64,000 bases of DNA. Source: Trichosphaerium sp. ATCC 40318. Taxonomy: Eukaryota > Protista > Tubulinea. The stretch is taken from assembly GCA_038496445.1 (NCBI GenBank), contig JALMLS010000122.1, positions 62,001-126,000 of the forward strand, written 5' to 3'. The translations under genes and the position numbers were made by a program. Below, piece by piece: positions 51,361 to 63,856 of the stretch. How positions within the stretch are numbered: position 1 is the first letter of the stretch; each line of letters begins with the position of its first letter. The notes beneath the pieces are model-generated. The model was not told the origin of the DNA, did no database searches, and worked only from the letters and a program-made list of their open reading frames with translations.

Positions 51361-53743
51361 TTACAATAGAAGCATTGACAATAATACAGTAAGAACAGCA
51401 ACACCAACATGCGAAGCAGAACTTGGTGCTATTGGCGTAACAGGTGCTACAGGCTCAACAGGTGCAAGAGTTGAAGCTTCAGTTGGTGCTGAAGTAGTTG
51501 GAGCTACTGGAGCAGTTGGTGTTTGATCAACATCAGACTCTAAAGCTTCTTCATTTACAGTTGCTGAAGGATCCCACTCGAATGTTTCGCAATCTTCTCC
51601 ATCTACAAGTTGAGCTATAACACGTATTTGTTTCATGCCAACTTCTTTAGGTTGACGGTTTGTGACGTTAGCGTTGATCTTTGAAATGACCTTCAAAACA
51701 ACAGCCACTTCTTTTTCTTCGTCATCCCAAGTAGTACATGTTCCTGTTTTCTTAGCTCTGAAGATAGCACCACAACCACAAGTAATGCGATTGAAATCAG
51801 TGTTATCTGGGTCATCCTCTAGAGCACCAAAGTCACCACTGCAGCGGAGATGGAGGGAGATTACACGTCTATAACAAAGTAAGAATAAACTCCTTAAAAA
51901 CACTAGGCTTTCCAAAAAAACGGTCACGTACGTGGTGTTCTTAGTTTTTCTGACACATTGTGACAAAGCTAAAACGCTTTCAATACCAGCGCCAAGAGGA
52001 GATTCATCAGCGGAATCCATAGAATCTGCGGTAGCAGCTTTTTGTCTGAAAGACATACTGCACCCATCATCGAAAGACATTCTTTGGACTATTGTTGCAA
52101 CTCCAGGTCCATTTCCGTCATTTCCAGTAGTGTCATTAGCATCAGTAGAACCTTCTCCAAGGTCGATTGAATCTTCTCCTTCGCCATCAGTGACCATGTT
52201 GCGAGAATTCAAACAAACATCTGGATCATCAATATTTTCTTCAAGGCAATCTGAAACTCTATCGAAAACCATTTCGAATGTAGTCTTTGAAGCATTCTTA
52301 CATTTTGCGAAAGCACATCTTACAAAAGGTGCTCTGGCTGTCGTTCCATTATTTTCTTTGACAGTAGATACACACTGGCATGTTGTCAGTTCAAAGAAAA
52401 AAAAGACAAAAAAAACCGATAGTTGTGCACAATAACTTCAACGTACGTTTGCGACGTCCTCATCTGGGAAATCGATAGGTCTTCGCACTGCAGTGGTAAC
52501 TACTCTTCCGTCTAATTCTTCTTCTACATCAACATCACCAGGACGTGTTACGTTGCATACTTTATCAAGCGCAACAAGTTTTGATCTGCTTTCATTTCTG
52601 AGACTTGTGCTGTCGTTTCCAGAATTGGCACGTGTACAAAAGTTAATGTAACGTCTTCCAGCTTTACGTAGGGCAAGACAAGGAGCTGAGCAAGTCTAAA
52701 GAGTATAAGAGAACGGCAAAGGTAAGTAAAACAAGATACGTACGTTGTTCTCCAAAGCGCTCTTGCAAACATTGAACAAACCAGCGATTCGCTGTCTTAG
52801 TTCGCCACATCTTTGAACTTTGTTACAAACCTCTTTACGTTTTTGAACAAGAGGCTTAAACCTCTTCATGGTATCAAGAACAGCACTACGATGAATACAG
52901 AATCTTGCAACATTAGCTAGAGCCTTTAATCCAAAATCACATCTATCATTGCATGCTCCTTCGAGGATATTGCTACGAATGAAACAATTTGTTACAACGC
53001 TATCTGCAAGTTCCTTGAATCTATCAAATAGGGAACCTGGACATTTACGGTCTTTTGGAGGAGGTGAGCTAAGAACAAGTGAGTTCAAGAGAACAATCAT
53101 AGAACAAGAAAACAAGACGGTAAAACTTCAGTTTGGAACGTACCATTGCTGTCTCAAGAAACCGATAACACGTTGTACATCGATGTTCGATCCATTCATA
53201 CTTTCGTTTCTTACTGCGTTATCTAGACGAGCATCTTTGATACAAAACGCAATAGCACGTGATCTGTTTTTGTATGCAATTGCGCATTCTGATGTATTAT
53301 CACATGCTCCAGGGATACGTCCTTCATCGATTGTAAAGTTATCTCTGGTTACAGCACGTTTCATAACTTCGTTACTGAATTCACTTGGTGTACGAGAAGG
53401 GAGATCGATCATGTCATCCTCCTTGGCCTTAAAAGGAAAGTAAGAACAAATAAAGAAAGTGTTTAAAAGAGCTTGGCGTACTGGGCGTGTTGCGTTATTT
53501 ATTTTATCCAAGACTGGTTGGCATTTACGTAGGATAGCGCTAAAGTCCACTTTAGAGCAATCAAACTCGTCTTCTTCAACTGCTGAAGAGAGTACTATAG
53601 TTGCAAAGTTAGATTCAAATTCGATGCACTATAGTGTGCGAACAACAAAAAGGTTCTTTCCGAGTGACCACAAAAGTACGACAGTTGTATCATCATAATA
53701 ACTTACCTATAAAGCACGAAAGTAATATGAGCAAGAGCTTCAT
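51361..53743 (-). CDS. Cys-rich, probably GPI-anchored surface protein (multi-exon)
   Basis: MKLLLILLSCFIVLS signal peptide, regularly spaced Cys, a Pro/Thr/Ala stalk, and C-terminal SSASHVGVAVLTVLLSMLLL* (GPI signal pattern). Confidence 0.8.
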
Positions 53744-54875
53744 CTTTGGTTTAGATTTGATTTTTTTGTATAAAACTAAAATTGATAAAAATAAACATCT
53801 CAACCCCGCTGTTTTCGGCCGATTAACCAAAAAAAAACTCGTGCCGCATTGTTTACGAAAATTGTCCACAGTGCACTAAAATACGTTACTTACAAGGAGA
53901 TACTTTGGCGAAACATGGAGAACGAAGGGTAAAAAATTGCGGCCAAAAAGTCGGCAATGCAACTTGCATTCTTGGTTTTCTACCAAGTTTCCTCCTAAAA
54001 AGAAAACTCACTAATCAAACAACAACTGCAGAGCGTATTTTACTTAATACTGAAATAAAACTACATTGCTAAAAATGGAAAAAAAAAACCACAATTCGTC
54101 AATGATGTTTCTTTTTTCGAGTGATATGTTCGTTCATGTCTACAAAAAACTTGTCTATTCTGTAATGAACACTTCGACACTAAAGAATTTCTGGTTGAAC
54201 CGAAAAGGCATCTGTTTAGAACGACACCAGAAGCTCACCTCTGGTAACGCCAAAGTCAATACTCCAAGCAACTAGATGTTTTGCTCCAAGATGACTACTG
54301 CTCTACATTCTTGGTAGGATAGATTAGTACATAAACAGTCTAGAGTTGCTCCAAATTGCAATCCTCTTATGTTGCGGCAACCACGCAAATGACAAAAAGG
54401 TGTGAAGAAAGGGACAGAACAAAACAAATCCATATGCCAATAAAACATGTACAAATGAAACGACGAATATCTACTTTATCCGCTGAGCAAGTCCTAGTAA
54501 CTTTTGGCCAGAGGACACCCATGTAAAACTAGTAAGCGTTCAGTTGCACTAGAAACACGTGCAACATTTGTTAAAACTGGAAAATTGTGTTTTTTGTTGC
54601 CATGGAGCTTATCAACAGCCAAAAGATACCGCAACACGTTGAAATTTATGAAAATGGAGCTCCATACTATCTAATAGCCATAAATCAGACAAATTGACCA
54701 AAACGGCGCTTCAGCTTCTAGTCTCACGTGGCAGAATCTTCTGCGTATAGGTGGGGCGCCGTAGAGGTCTACCATGGATGTCAGTCTGCTTTTTTATTAT
54801 TTTCAAAACAAAAAGAGTCAATTCAGAGATTATCAAAACAAAGTTACGTGACCACCGCTCAGAGGTGAATGCTCT

Positions 54876-57760
54876 ATGGCAAACACAGACCAGTTCGCGT
54901 ATGACCCAAACGATTTATACGAGGACATCGTTAAACAACAGCCAGAATACCTCAATCAGTCTGGAAACACGTTACAATACGACCCTCAGGAATTTCAAGA
55001 AGGTGGCCTTTTTGACGAGGGACAACCATTAGGCGATCTAGCGTATGATGTCTCAACGCCTGCGTACCCTTCAAGTATACAAGGTACTGATCAGCTTATT
55101 GGCGCTGATGCAGGGACTTATGGCCAAGAGCCTTTCTATAACCAACCGCTCACCTATGGACAACCTATGGGGCACCAACAACAACAAATACACCAAACTC
55201 AGCCTCAAACACAGCCTTTTGGGCAAAACAACTTTCAACAACAAGTGCAAACGCCAACGAAAGTGATAAAAACAGTACCAACGAACAATGCAATGTTACC
55301 TGCAAAGCAAGCGGAGGTTGTAATGTTTCCGTTTAACACTACTGGTGATCTTGATGGCAAAGCAATTTACACAGAAGTACAGCCGGAAACAGCAATTGTA
55401 GCGCCTCAAGTGTCTCAGTTATTATCACAGAAGCGCTATCAAATTGAACGATACATTATAACGGCCCTTACACAAATGAAGGTTTCTATCGCGCAACTAA
55501 CTACCCCTGTGCCTGTAGCACATTACCAAGGATTATGCGCCAGACAAACACAACTACAGAATGAAATACAAAGGCTAAAAGTAGAAATACAAGCTCTGGA
55601 GGAGAAATTCCTTCTAGACCCTCCGTACGTTATTGTTTTTACCGATTACCAAAACTAGAACTGACACAAACGCACGCAGAAATTTTAAACTTCTATTACG
55701 GCTTAAATCAAGTCTATTGCTTCATGACGCTCAATTACAACTATATATGCACGAATTGAATCAATTAACCGGAAATGATCAATTTTGCAGGTACCGTATT
55801 GTTTTAAACGTAAAACCTGTCTAATATTATTATTTATTAGCGTATTGGCGTCTTTGTTTATTGTAGACCAACCATTTCCATGTACAGTGAAAAAGGGCAA
55901 ACCAGTAGGACCAATAGAATTACATTTGCTCACGGGCGCACGAACGCGTCTAGAGATTGTAACACCATGCACAGCAGAACTTCTTCAAGGTACGTAAACC
56001 AAAAAACCTCGCGAGCGTTTTCAAAGTACAATCAACTCTATGGCCTTGTTATTGAACATGACGCTATTATTGCGCTCTTGCTGTTGGAATTAAGCATTAT
56101 TAATAATGTTTACAAAGGATCCAACCTCAGACAACGACGAGGGAAGAAGACAGAGATGAATCATATATCAGAGAACTTTGTAAACAATGTAGCGCGATTT
56201 ACAAGGCTGGTGAGTCCTTACTCTCTTTTTTTTTTCTTTTCCCGTTTCAAAGAAGCCAAAACGTTGGTTTTCTCATCTTGATTTTCGTTTTGACTTGTTG
56301 TATAGACGTTTACAAATGGTTCAAATATGAATACAGTCAATATAAAGTTTAGAGTAACAGTTAAGGCTATTGTAAATGGTAGAGAGATGAATCAAAGCTT
56401 GGTATGACAAAACTTGCACATAAAAAAAAAAGCGCCAGCACGAAATTTCTTGTTAGGTATTTTAGCTTATTCTGGCGTAGGAGAGTAGTATGAGTAAACC
56501 AGTCATTGTTTTGACGCATAATGATCAGTATCATGTTGCAGTTGGAACTCTCTTGGGTCTTCAAATGTTCAAGGGAATAAATGGTAGAAAAAAAAGCAAG
56601 ACTGATCCTCGTTATTAATGTTTTGGTTTAGGTCCAAAGTTGGAAATTCCTTTGAACCAATTTTGTAACTACTTACAATGTGCATATATGGAAGCAACGC
56701 AGCAAGCATCTGATAGAAATCTTCGACCTCTATGGCGGTCAGATTTACAGTATTTGTATGTCTTTGAATGATTGTTTTTGTTTTCGATTTGAAGCTTCTT
56801 TTATTTATTCCTATTTGTCTTTTCTTACAATATATAGGTGTGCAACTCGGTTGAATAAGGATCTAGAGAATACAGCCGCTTGTATTATCCGTGAGGAATT
56901 TATTGAATTTTGGAGTTGGTTTGGTCCTTTTCTTCAAAAACTTCGATACCAGAAGCATTTACAACCTATGTGGCTTCAAGGCTATGTATGGGGATTGCTT
57001 ACAAAGGCACGGATAAAGTTTGAAACGATTTTACATTAGACTGTTGTGACTTTATTCATTTTCTTCTAATTGTTGTTTTTAGAGTGAAGCAGAGTGTTTA
57101 TTGTTAGATCAGCCTATGGGATCTTTTCTTGTTCGTTTTTCTGATAGTAGAAAAGGTGGTATTGCAGTAGCATATCGATGGGGGTACGTGCTGATGTTTT
57201 TTTTTTTTTGATTTTTTTTTTTTTGTTGAAATGCCAACTGCTATCATGAGGGCTACCATGCCGCTTGTATTGATGGATTGTCAAATTTTTTGCAGATCTT
57301 TTTTTGATCGTTTTTAGGGAAAGTGGTAAAAAAGCAGTAAGGCACTATATGCTACGACCGTCGGACACATCAGAAGGACAGACTTTTCCAGAATTTCTTA
57401 AAAACTCATCGACGTTTGTGCGGTTAATTCAAATACAACATAAGCGAGGTTACAAACAAGCACTTCTACGTAATAAAGATAATGCATTGATAAGGTGGTA
57501 TAGAAAAAAGCAGGATGAAGTGAGCATCTCTGGTACGTAATAGTGAAAGCGTTCTCTTAGCTTTTTTATTCTTTTGAGTTGTGTTTTTACTGATATTTTC
57601 TTTCAAGGCTATGACAGGGAGCTTCTAGCGCTTGAAACACGGGTGAAGGGTATAGCATTTCATACACCACCTACTTCTCCAGATACGACTACTGGTATGG
57701 TGAGTAGTTGTTTGAACTTTTCTTTTACTGACTTTTTTTTTTGCTTTAGATGTAATGTGA
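54876..57760 (+). CDS. STAT: Amoebozoan-type STAT transcription factor
   Basis: Q-rich N-terminus, coiled coil, DQPFPCTVKKGK...LLTGAR, FWSWFG...KLRYQKHL, SH2 GSFLVRFSDS...VRHY...TFPEFL...KDNAL, tail SGYD. Colinear with Dictyostelium STATa motifs. Confidence 0.93.
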
Positions 57761-58003
57761 TGTTTGTTTTTTTAAAGAACGACGTTTATGAAACATACCA
57801 GTTTGTGTGGTTTTTTTTGAAAAAAGGTTGTAAATTTCTTTTGTACATAGCAAAAAACAACAACAGGAAGAAAAAGCAAAAAAGAAAAAAAAAAGAAGAA
57901 AATAAATCAAAAAGTTTTTCATTCAAACTTTTATTTGTACAAATTACTAGCACATAAACTAGAAGTTAAAAAGTGGTCAGCTAAGGGAAAAGAGCCAGTA
58001 TGT

Positions 58004-58140
58004 TTATGCTATTGACATCAGTTACACTTCAGTAACTGCTGAAGGCGTCAAAAAGCTTGTGGGAGCAAAGACAATTTTTGTTTATGACAGTTATAAAAAC
58101 AATGTTGCTAAACTTTAAAGGGGACTACAGTGTACACTGG
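58004..58140 (+). pseudogene. C-terminal fragment of F-box/LRR family
   Basis: YAIDISYTSVTAEGVKKLVGAKTI and, frameshifted, KGTTVYT. These match the C-terminus of 63032-63799 (SITDVGIKVLVGA...NGTCVYTF). Confidence 0.75.
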
Positions 58141-58291
58141 CTACTTTTAAGCATAAAATACAAATACTACAACAAAGAATGACAAGAGGAGCGAAATGAA
58201 GTAACACGTGATTGTAGTAACAATTACAATTATTTATTATTTTAGAAGACTGAGGTAATCTTTTGTAACAACAAGAACCCAAAAACAGTAT

Positions 58292-58940
58292 TCAATGTTC
58301 TGGTCTAGTATTCTCAATAAGTATAACTTCTGGCTCTTTGTTGTTTTCTGTCCAATCAGGCTCAGAAATCTTGTTTATTTTTTGTATTTTGCTTCGCAAT
58401 CTATTGACTTCTACTTCTAGAGCTTCTGCTTTTCTTTTTCTTCCTCTTTCAATTTCTAGTTCCGTCTCTAGCTCTACAATACGTGCTGCCATCTTTTTCA
58501 TTACTGTAGTTACTAATGCCTAATGGTACGGGTGAGAAAAATGGTCTAGAAGTAGAACAAAATCCACCGTTTAAAAGATTGCGGTTTTCGTTTTTTTGTA
58601 GAGTTGTCCGTTTGGCTTTAAAAAACCTTTTGCATCGTCCATAAGCGCAGACCGTATCCATCGCAGAGTTTGCTAGTTATTTAAAGCCGAAAAGAAACAA
58701 AACAAGATAAAAACCTAGCTGAGGTACTTTTTAGTTCGTTTTCTGTCCATTCGCGCCGGCCGAACCCATCGCAGAGAAAAAACAAACCGTTGGTACCAAA
58801 ACTGCTTTTATACGTACTTCTAATGGTTCTAAAGCCTTATCGAACGCGGGATTAACTTCTGAAGCGTATTTCTTCAAGATTTTGTCCGCTTTCTTCGCTT
58901 GCGACACGCCTCTCCCTCGCGGTGAGTTTTGGGTAGCCAT
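58292..58940 (-). CDS. Hypothetical small basic coiled-coil protein (splicing of middle exon unresolved)
   Basis: First exon MATQNSPRGRG...ALEPLE followed by a GTACGT donor; last exon coiled coil IVELETELEIERGRKRKAEALEVEVNRL. Confidence 0.5.
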
Positions 58941-59335
58941 AGCACCGTTCTTGTTTTAAAAGGCTGGTAAAATGAGCAAACGGCGGACTTAACGTATAAT
59001 ATCACTTCTACTTCGTTTTTCTTGCTTAATGGTGCAAAATCTAGCTGTGTTGCGCATAATTTTTCGAACTTTTCTTACAGACTTAAACCTGGCTGTGATA
59101 GCACTGACTTAATTGGTAAAGTGCCAAAAAAAAAAGTGTCACCAAGTACTACCAAGGAGGATGACACAACCAATGTTAGAACTATTGGTACGGAATGATT
59201 TGTATTTTTTATTCCGAATAAAATTGAATAGTGTTCAACACATTTACTGCTGTAACATCTTTAGTCAAATGAGAAGCAACAGCTTTGCTAGTGGCTGAGG
59301 AAATACTTTTCAACCTAGGTAAATAATAAGGCTTA

Positions 59336-60579
59336 TTCTATAGCCAAGACTTCTTGAGGTTAAAGAAAAAGACGGATTGCAAACAAGGAAATAAAACCAA
59401 AAATTCGCCTTGTTGTGATCTCCTTGTGAAACCTAAGCTGGGTGTTTTAGGACGTACATTTGTCGCTGTGTGTCTGATAAAGAACTTAAAGGTCCATTTG
59501 GTGCGGTAGGACTGCAAATAGATTGAAAAGCTGCATTGATTTCTTGTTCGATTGTTCCTACCATCTCAACTTTAGCTTTTGTAATTGCATCCTAGAAAAA
59601 CCAATGCTTAGAATAACATAATGATCAATACTAGTCATACTATTAAAGCAACGAGTGTATGTCCAATATGATCTGGAGAGCTACGTCGTGGTGGTAAGGA
59701 CAAAATGCAACAAAAAGCGAAAAAAAAGTGATAAAAATTTCAAACGACAACGCACGTGACAGGCTCTGATACACATTTTTCTAGTTCAGAGCATAGAGAA
59801 ATTATATTATTAAGGATTGACATACGTAATAAATGATCTACATACGATGAGTACTTGGAATAAAAAAAAAGTGAAAATAAAAAAACATAGAATGACAATT
59901 GACAAGTTTTTGCTTACCATCATGACCATTTCCTTTAAATTTTTTACCACATACACGTTTCCCTGTCCTAGGGAATAGTGATGCTAGACCAGATTTCTCT
60001 ACACAGGCCTTTGGTATATTAATAAGTCACATTGAAGTAGATCGTGATTTCTATTGCTAATTTCCAGCGTACTTTCAAAGGTTTTGTATTTAATTTGCTT
60101 CCCAAGCGTTTTATTAATGTATAAGAAGGAACACGCAATGGATCTGTTATTCTTTGTTAGTAACCAAAAGCAATCAATATGTTTATGGTCTACAGCCATT
60201 TTACACGCGTTTCATACCTTTGACGAACTCCTCTTCGCGGTTTAAGCCTTTTAAAAATTTTCTCTAATAAAAAGCGTTAAATTATTACTGTAGCACATAC
60301 TTACGTATCTGACATCCTTTGAGAGCATGCCAGCGTACAGAGTACACTGTGTCATTAATTTTATAGCATTGTGGCTTTTAGAAAGATACAAGGGTTCTCC
60401 CAAGCGCACTGTCAAGCCTACAATGCTGTTTCACTAAAACAACTTTTAACTGAGATAGTCGTACATCCTGGTTGCGAATTGCTGTTTATTGTCACCAATG
60501 GAGGACCATTCATTGTGTAAAGCACTTGCCACAACAGAACAAGGCGCTTAATAGCAAAACGAGTCTCACTTAGCTCCAT
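59336..60579 (-). CDS. Hypothetical protein (multi-exon; termini uncertain)
   Basis: Six internal exons join in frame with GT-AG sites (…MLSKDVRY/RKFLKGLNREEEFVK/DPLRVP…/ACVEKSG…/VLIVCRSFIT/SPDHIG…/DAITKAK…). No family recognised. Confidence 0.5.
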
Positions 60580-60617
60580 GAGTACAATAATTCTGTAAAG
60601 ACCACTCCTACGCGTCT

Positions 60618-62875
60618 ATGGCATCAGTAACGGTATGCTTTATTAAACGTCAAACTCAGCGATACTAATTATCACAGACGTGCTTGGTAGCGTTCATTGC
60701 AATATTTATCGCATTGGTATACGTCGCACTGTATACTGACGAAGAAGCAAACAAATCCACTCCTTTGACGCCTATTATCATCAAGCCATCATCAAACTTG
60801 GATGAATACGCCATTAACCGACGCCCTGTTGTTTTACGTAACAGCCTAGTTAAGAAATGGAGTGCGTTAGATTTGTGGTCTCTAGAATACTTGAAACAAA
60901 GGCTTCCGACAACGGTACGCATTGCATGTCACTTTTGACACCCCAATTTCTGGAATGAAGTAAAATAATCAACTGTTACAGATAAAAAAAGTAAAAGTTA
61001 GTGAACAGCGATTTTTTGCTAACTATGCAACTCAAAAAGATCATCCTATCCGTGGTATTATTTACGAGTGTCTTGTGTATACAAACATTAATTATTTAAG
61101 GGTATGATGATCCAGTGACACCTGTAAAATACGATGGAGAATTTGAGCTGGATTCCTTTGTTGATGATGATTTATACAGGTCATTTGTTCGCGTATTTTG
61201 CACTATGAGCTACTAACACATAACTCAGATATACCACACATCCTCTTAGATCGATATCACCATCATTAGAGGTTTGTTATTTAGCGTAGGGTTTCGTAAT
61301 CAAAGTTTGTTTTTTTAATACTTTTATCAAGGTTGATGTGATGCCTGCTGGAGGGTTGTTTTCAAGTGCTTGTGGATCATCAACACGAAAAGCGAGGATG
61401 CTTATAATAAGCTCATCTGTACGCTTTGATTGTCGTTCGTCGTGATTGTTGTTATCCTGTCTAAGAACCTCAAACAAAGGGAGTAGTTACAACACCACAT
61501 TATGATTTGGCAGAGAATTTTTTTGTACAAATTGTCGGTGTTAAAAATATCAAGCTTTGGCCTCCTTCTTTTGCTGAAAAATTCCACGTGTTCCCTGCTT
61601 TACATCCACATCATAGACAAGGGCAGATATATAATCTAAAAAACGTCAACAAAACCTTGTTTCCGGAATTTAAAGGTACTTGGTATTGTTGTATCCAATA
61701 TCTTTCTCATTTAATGCAGATGAAGCTCCATTCATAGCAAGGCTTTTACCAGGAGATATACTATTCATACCACCACACTGGGTATGTTCCAACCTTATTT
61801 AGGACTCAACGTTTACAGAGGCTGTACAAGGCGTTTCAACATTTGCGTTTCATTTTTCTTCTCTATCACGTGATATCTGTTGTGTTTTTTTCTAATGACC
61901 TATTATCAAGGTACATGAAGTTGAAACTAAAACGTTCTCAGTATCTTTATCGCACACGTGTGAAAGTGAAGGTACATTTTCATAGTGTATTCTTCTTTTT
62001 ATGGCCTTTTTGCTTGTACAAAGCTTATGTCTCAAACGTTTTCTTTTACAGTAACTTTTTGTACCTGTACCATAAGCCCTACCTAGCTCACCTTCATAAC
62101 TAATCTGAAATGTTTGATATAGAGTACAGAATCTTTGAAAAATCGTTTGTATCATTACCTTTGAGTGGTATAAGTGATTCAGTAAAGCAACAAGTAATTG
62201 CTACATATCTATTTGCATTGATTGAAAGAGGTATTGTCAATGCTCTTCTAAGCTTTGTTACCCTTTTGTGTAACTTTGCTTTATTGCTTTAAACTCATTG
62301 CATGTAGTTGTTGGTGAGGGTTCTTCAAGTAATTTCTTTGGGCATCTCTACAACCAACGTTATGCGCCTCTATTTGGAGAAAATCCAGGCAAAAGGTAAA
62401 AGTGGTTACAGTTTTTCTTTGTTGGTTTTTTGGTCAAATACTACTTGTGTTTAAATACCAACAACTTGATTCAATACCACACATAATATAGTGTGTTTTA
62501 TTCTGTATAATTGACCTCAGTCACAGTGTAAAGTGCTGTTGTTTTAGCATACTTTTTCTGGAGTGTTTTTATGTTTTTTTTCGTTTGGCTAACAAGTTGC
62601 TTATAAATACTCGTGTAGGTCTATTGCACTTTTATCTATGGAAGATATTAAACACCTACATAGTGCTATTGAAACACACAAATCACTATGGGAGCATGTT
62701 AATACAGACATTAGAAAGTATGTGCACAACTGTTTGTTTTTGTTACTGTTCTATTTCATTAACTTTTTTCAGTACTTTGCTTGGTATCTATGTTGAAAAA
62801 ATATCTTTATGGGCATGTAATGATGAATGGGAAGATGTACCACTGTTCATTGCATCTCTATCACGTGTAAACTAG
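60618..62875 (+). CDS. JmjC (cupin-like 8) 2OG/Fe(II) oxygenase with N-terminal signal anchor
   Basis: RPVVLRNSLVKKWSALDLWSLEYL, TTPHYDLAENFFVQIVGVK..KLWPP, LLPGDILFIPPHW.HEVET (HxD...H triad). Confidence 0.9.
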
Positions 62876-63031
62876 ACAACAAAAATAAAAAAAAACCATC
62901 CTAATTTAATTACCTGCAGTACTTCAATTGACGAATGATTGTTTTATTGTCTTTATCTTCTTTGCAAGTTATACAGCTATTACATACTATTACGTGTTGA
63001 ATATAGGACGCCCAATACTTAGTACTCTTGG

Positions 63032-63799
63032 CTAAAAGGTATACACGCAAGTCCCATTCAAAATTGTAAACCATTCCCCTGTAACATTAGTGGTATGTGC
63101 ATAAATAGTGTATGTTGGTGCACCAACAAGTACTTTTATGCCTACATCAGTTATTGAAGTGTTATTAAGGCTTATGGTATGAACTCTGGTGAGTGCTTTA
63201 AGACCTTCATCAGTAACTGAAGTGTGATCAAGGTAAATCTCATTAACTCCAGCAAGTGCTTTAATACCTTCGTTGGTTACTGCAGTATTGCTGAGGTATA
63301 TAGCATGAACCCCTTTAAGTGCTTTAATACCTTCATCAGTTACCAAAGTGCTGCAGAGGCCAATAGTATGAACTCCAGCAAGTGCTTTAACACCTTCATC
63401 AGTTACTGAAGTGTTAGCAAGGTGAATCTCATGAACTCCAGCAAGTGCTTTAACACCTTCATCTGTCACTGTAGTATTAGAAAGGTAAATCGTGTGAACA
63501 CCAGCAAATAGTTTGATAATGTTATCGTCGAAACGACGTCCTTTAAACGTGATTTTTGTGTATTTAAGAATACCAGCATATTTCGCAGCTGATTTTGCCT
63601 GAACTGGTGTATTAATTGTAATGGCGTGATATCCAATAATATCGTGAATGATAGAAGCAAACAAATAACAAGTCTGACAAGCTGCAAATCGTGATTTGGT
63701 CGTTTGACGCAAGATGTGCGCTAACATCTCTGTAGGTAGCTGTAACAAACTCGTACTGGTGGTGTCAATTTTAGAACGTTTTGAGGTGGAAAGCATCAT
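63032..63799 (-). CDS. Intronless F-box plus LRR protein with near-perfect 66-bp repeats
   Basis: LLQLPTEMLAHIL...CQTC (F-box), then six 22-aa units GVHxIxLxxTxVTDEGxKALx. Confidence 0.92.
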   Translation of the reverse strand: MMLSTSKRSKIDTTSTSLLQLPTEMLAHILRQTTKSRFAACQTCYLFASIIHDIIGYHAITINTPVQAKSAAKYAGILKYTKITFKGRRFDDNIIKLFAGVHTIYLSNTTVTDEGVKALAGVHEIHLANTSVTDEGVKALAGVHTIGLCSTLVTDEGIKALKGVHAIYLSNTAVTNEGIKALAGVNEIYLDHTSVTDEGLKALTRVHTISLNNTSITDVGIKVLVGAPTYTIYAHTTNVTGEWFTILNGTCVYTF

Positions 63800-63856
63800 G
63801 TGGTAATTTCAAAGCGATTTCTGTTAAGTTTTTGTAGTTTTAATTAACTATTGTAG

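Noticed and set aside
59920-59950. KFKGNGHD resembling the TIPIN/Csm3 FKGKGHE motif
   Set aside because: The following exons lack the W.H.LFP...F motif.
63150-63510. Regular conserved-plus-variable repeats resembling a CRISPR array
   Set aside because: They are in-frame 66-bp LRR coding units in a eukaryotic gene; no cas genes.
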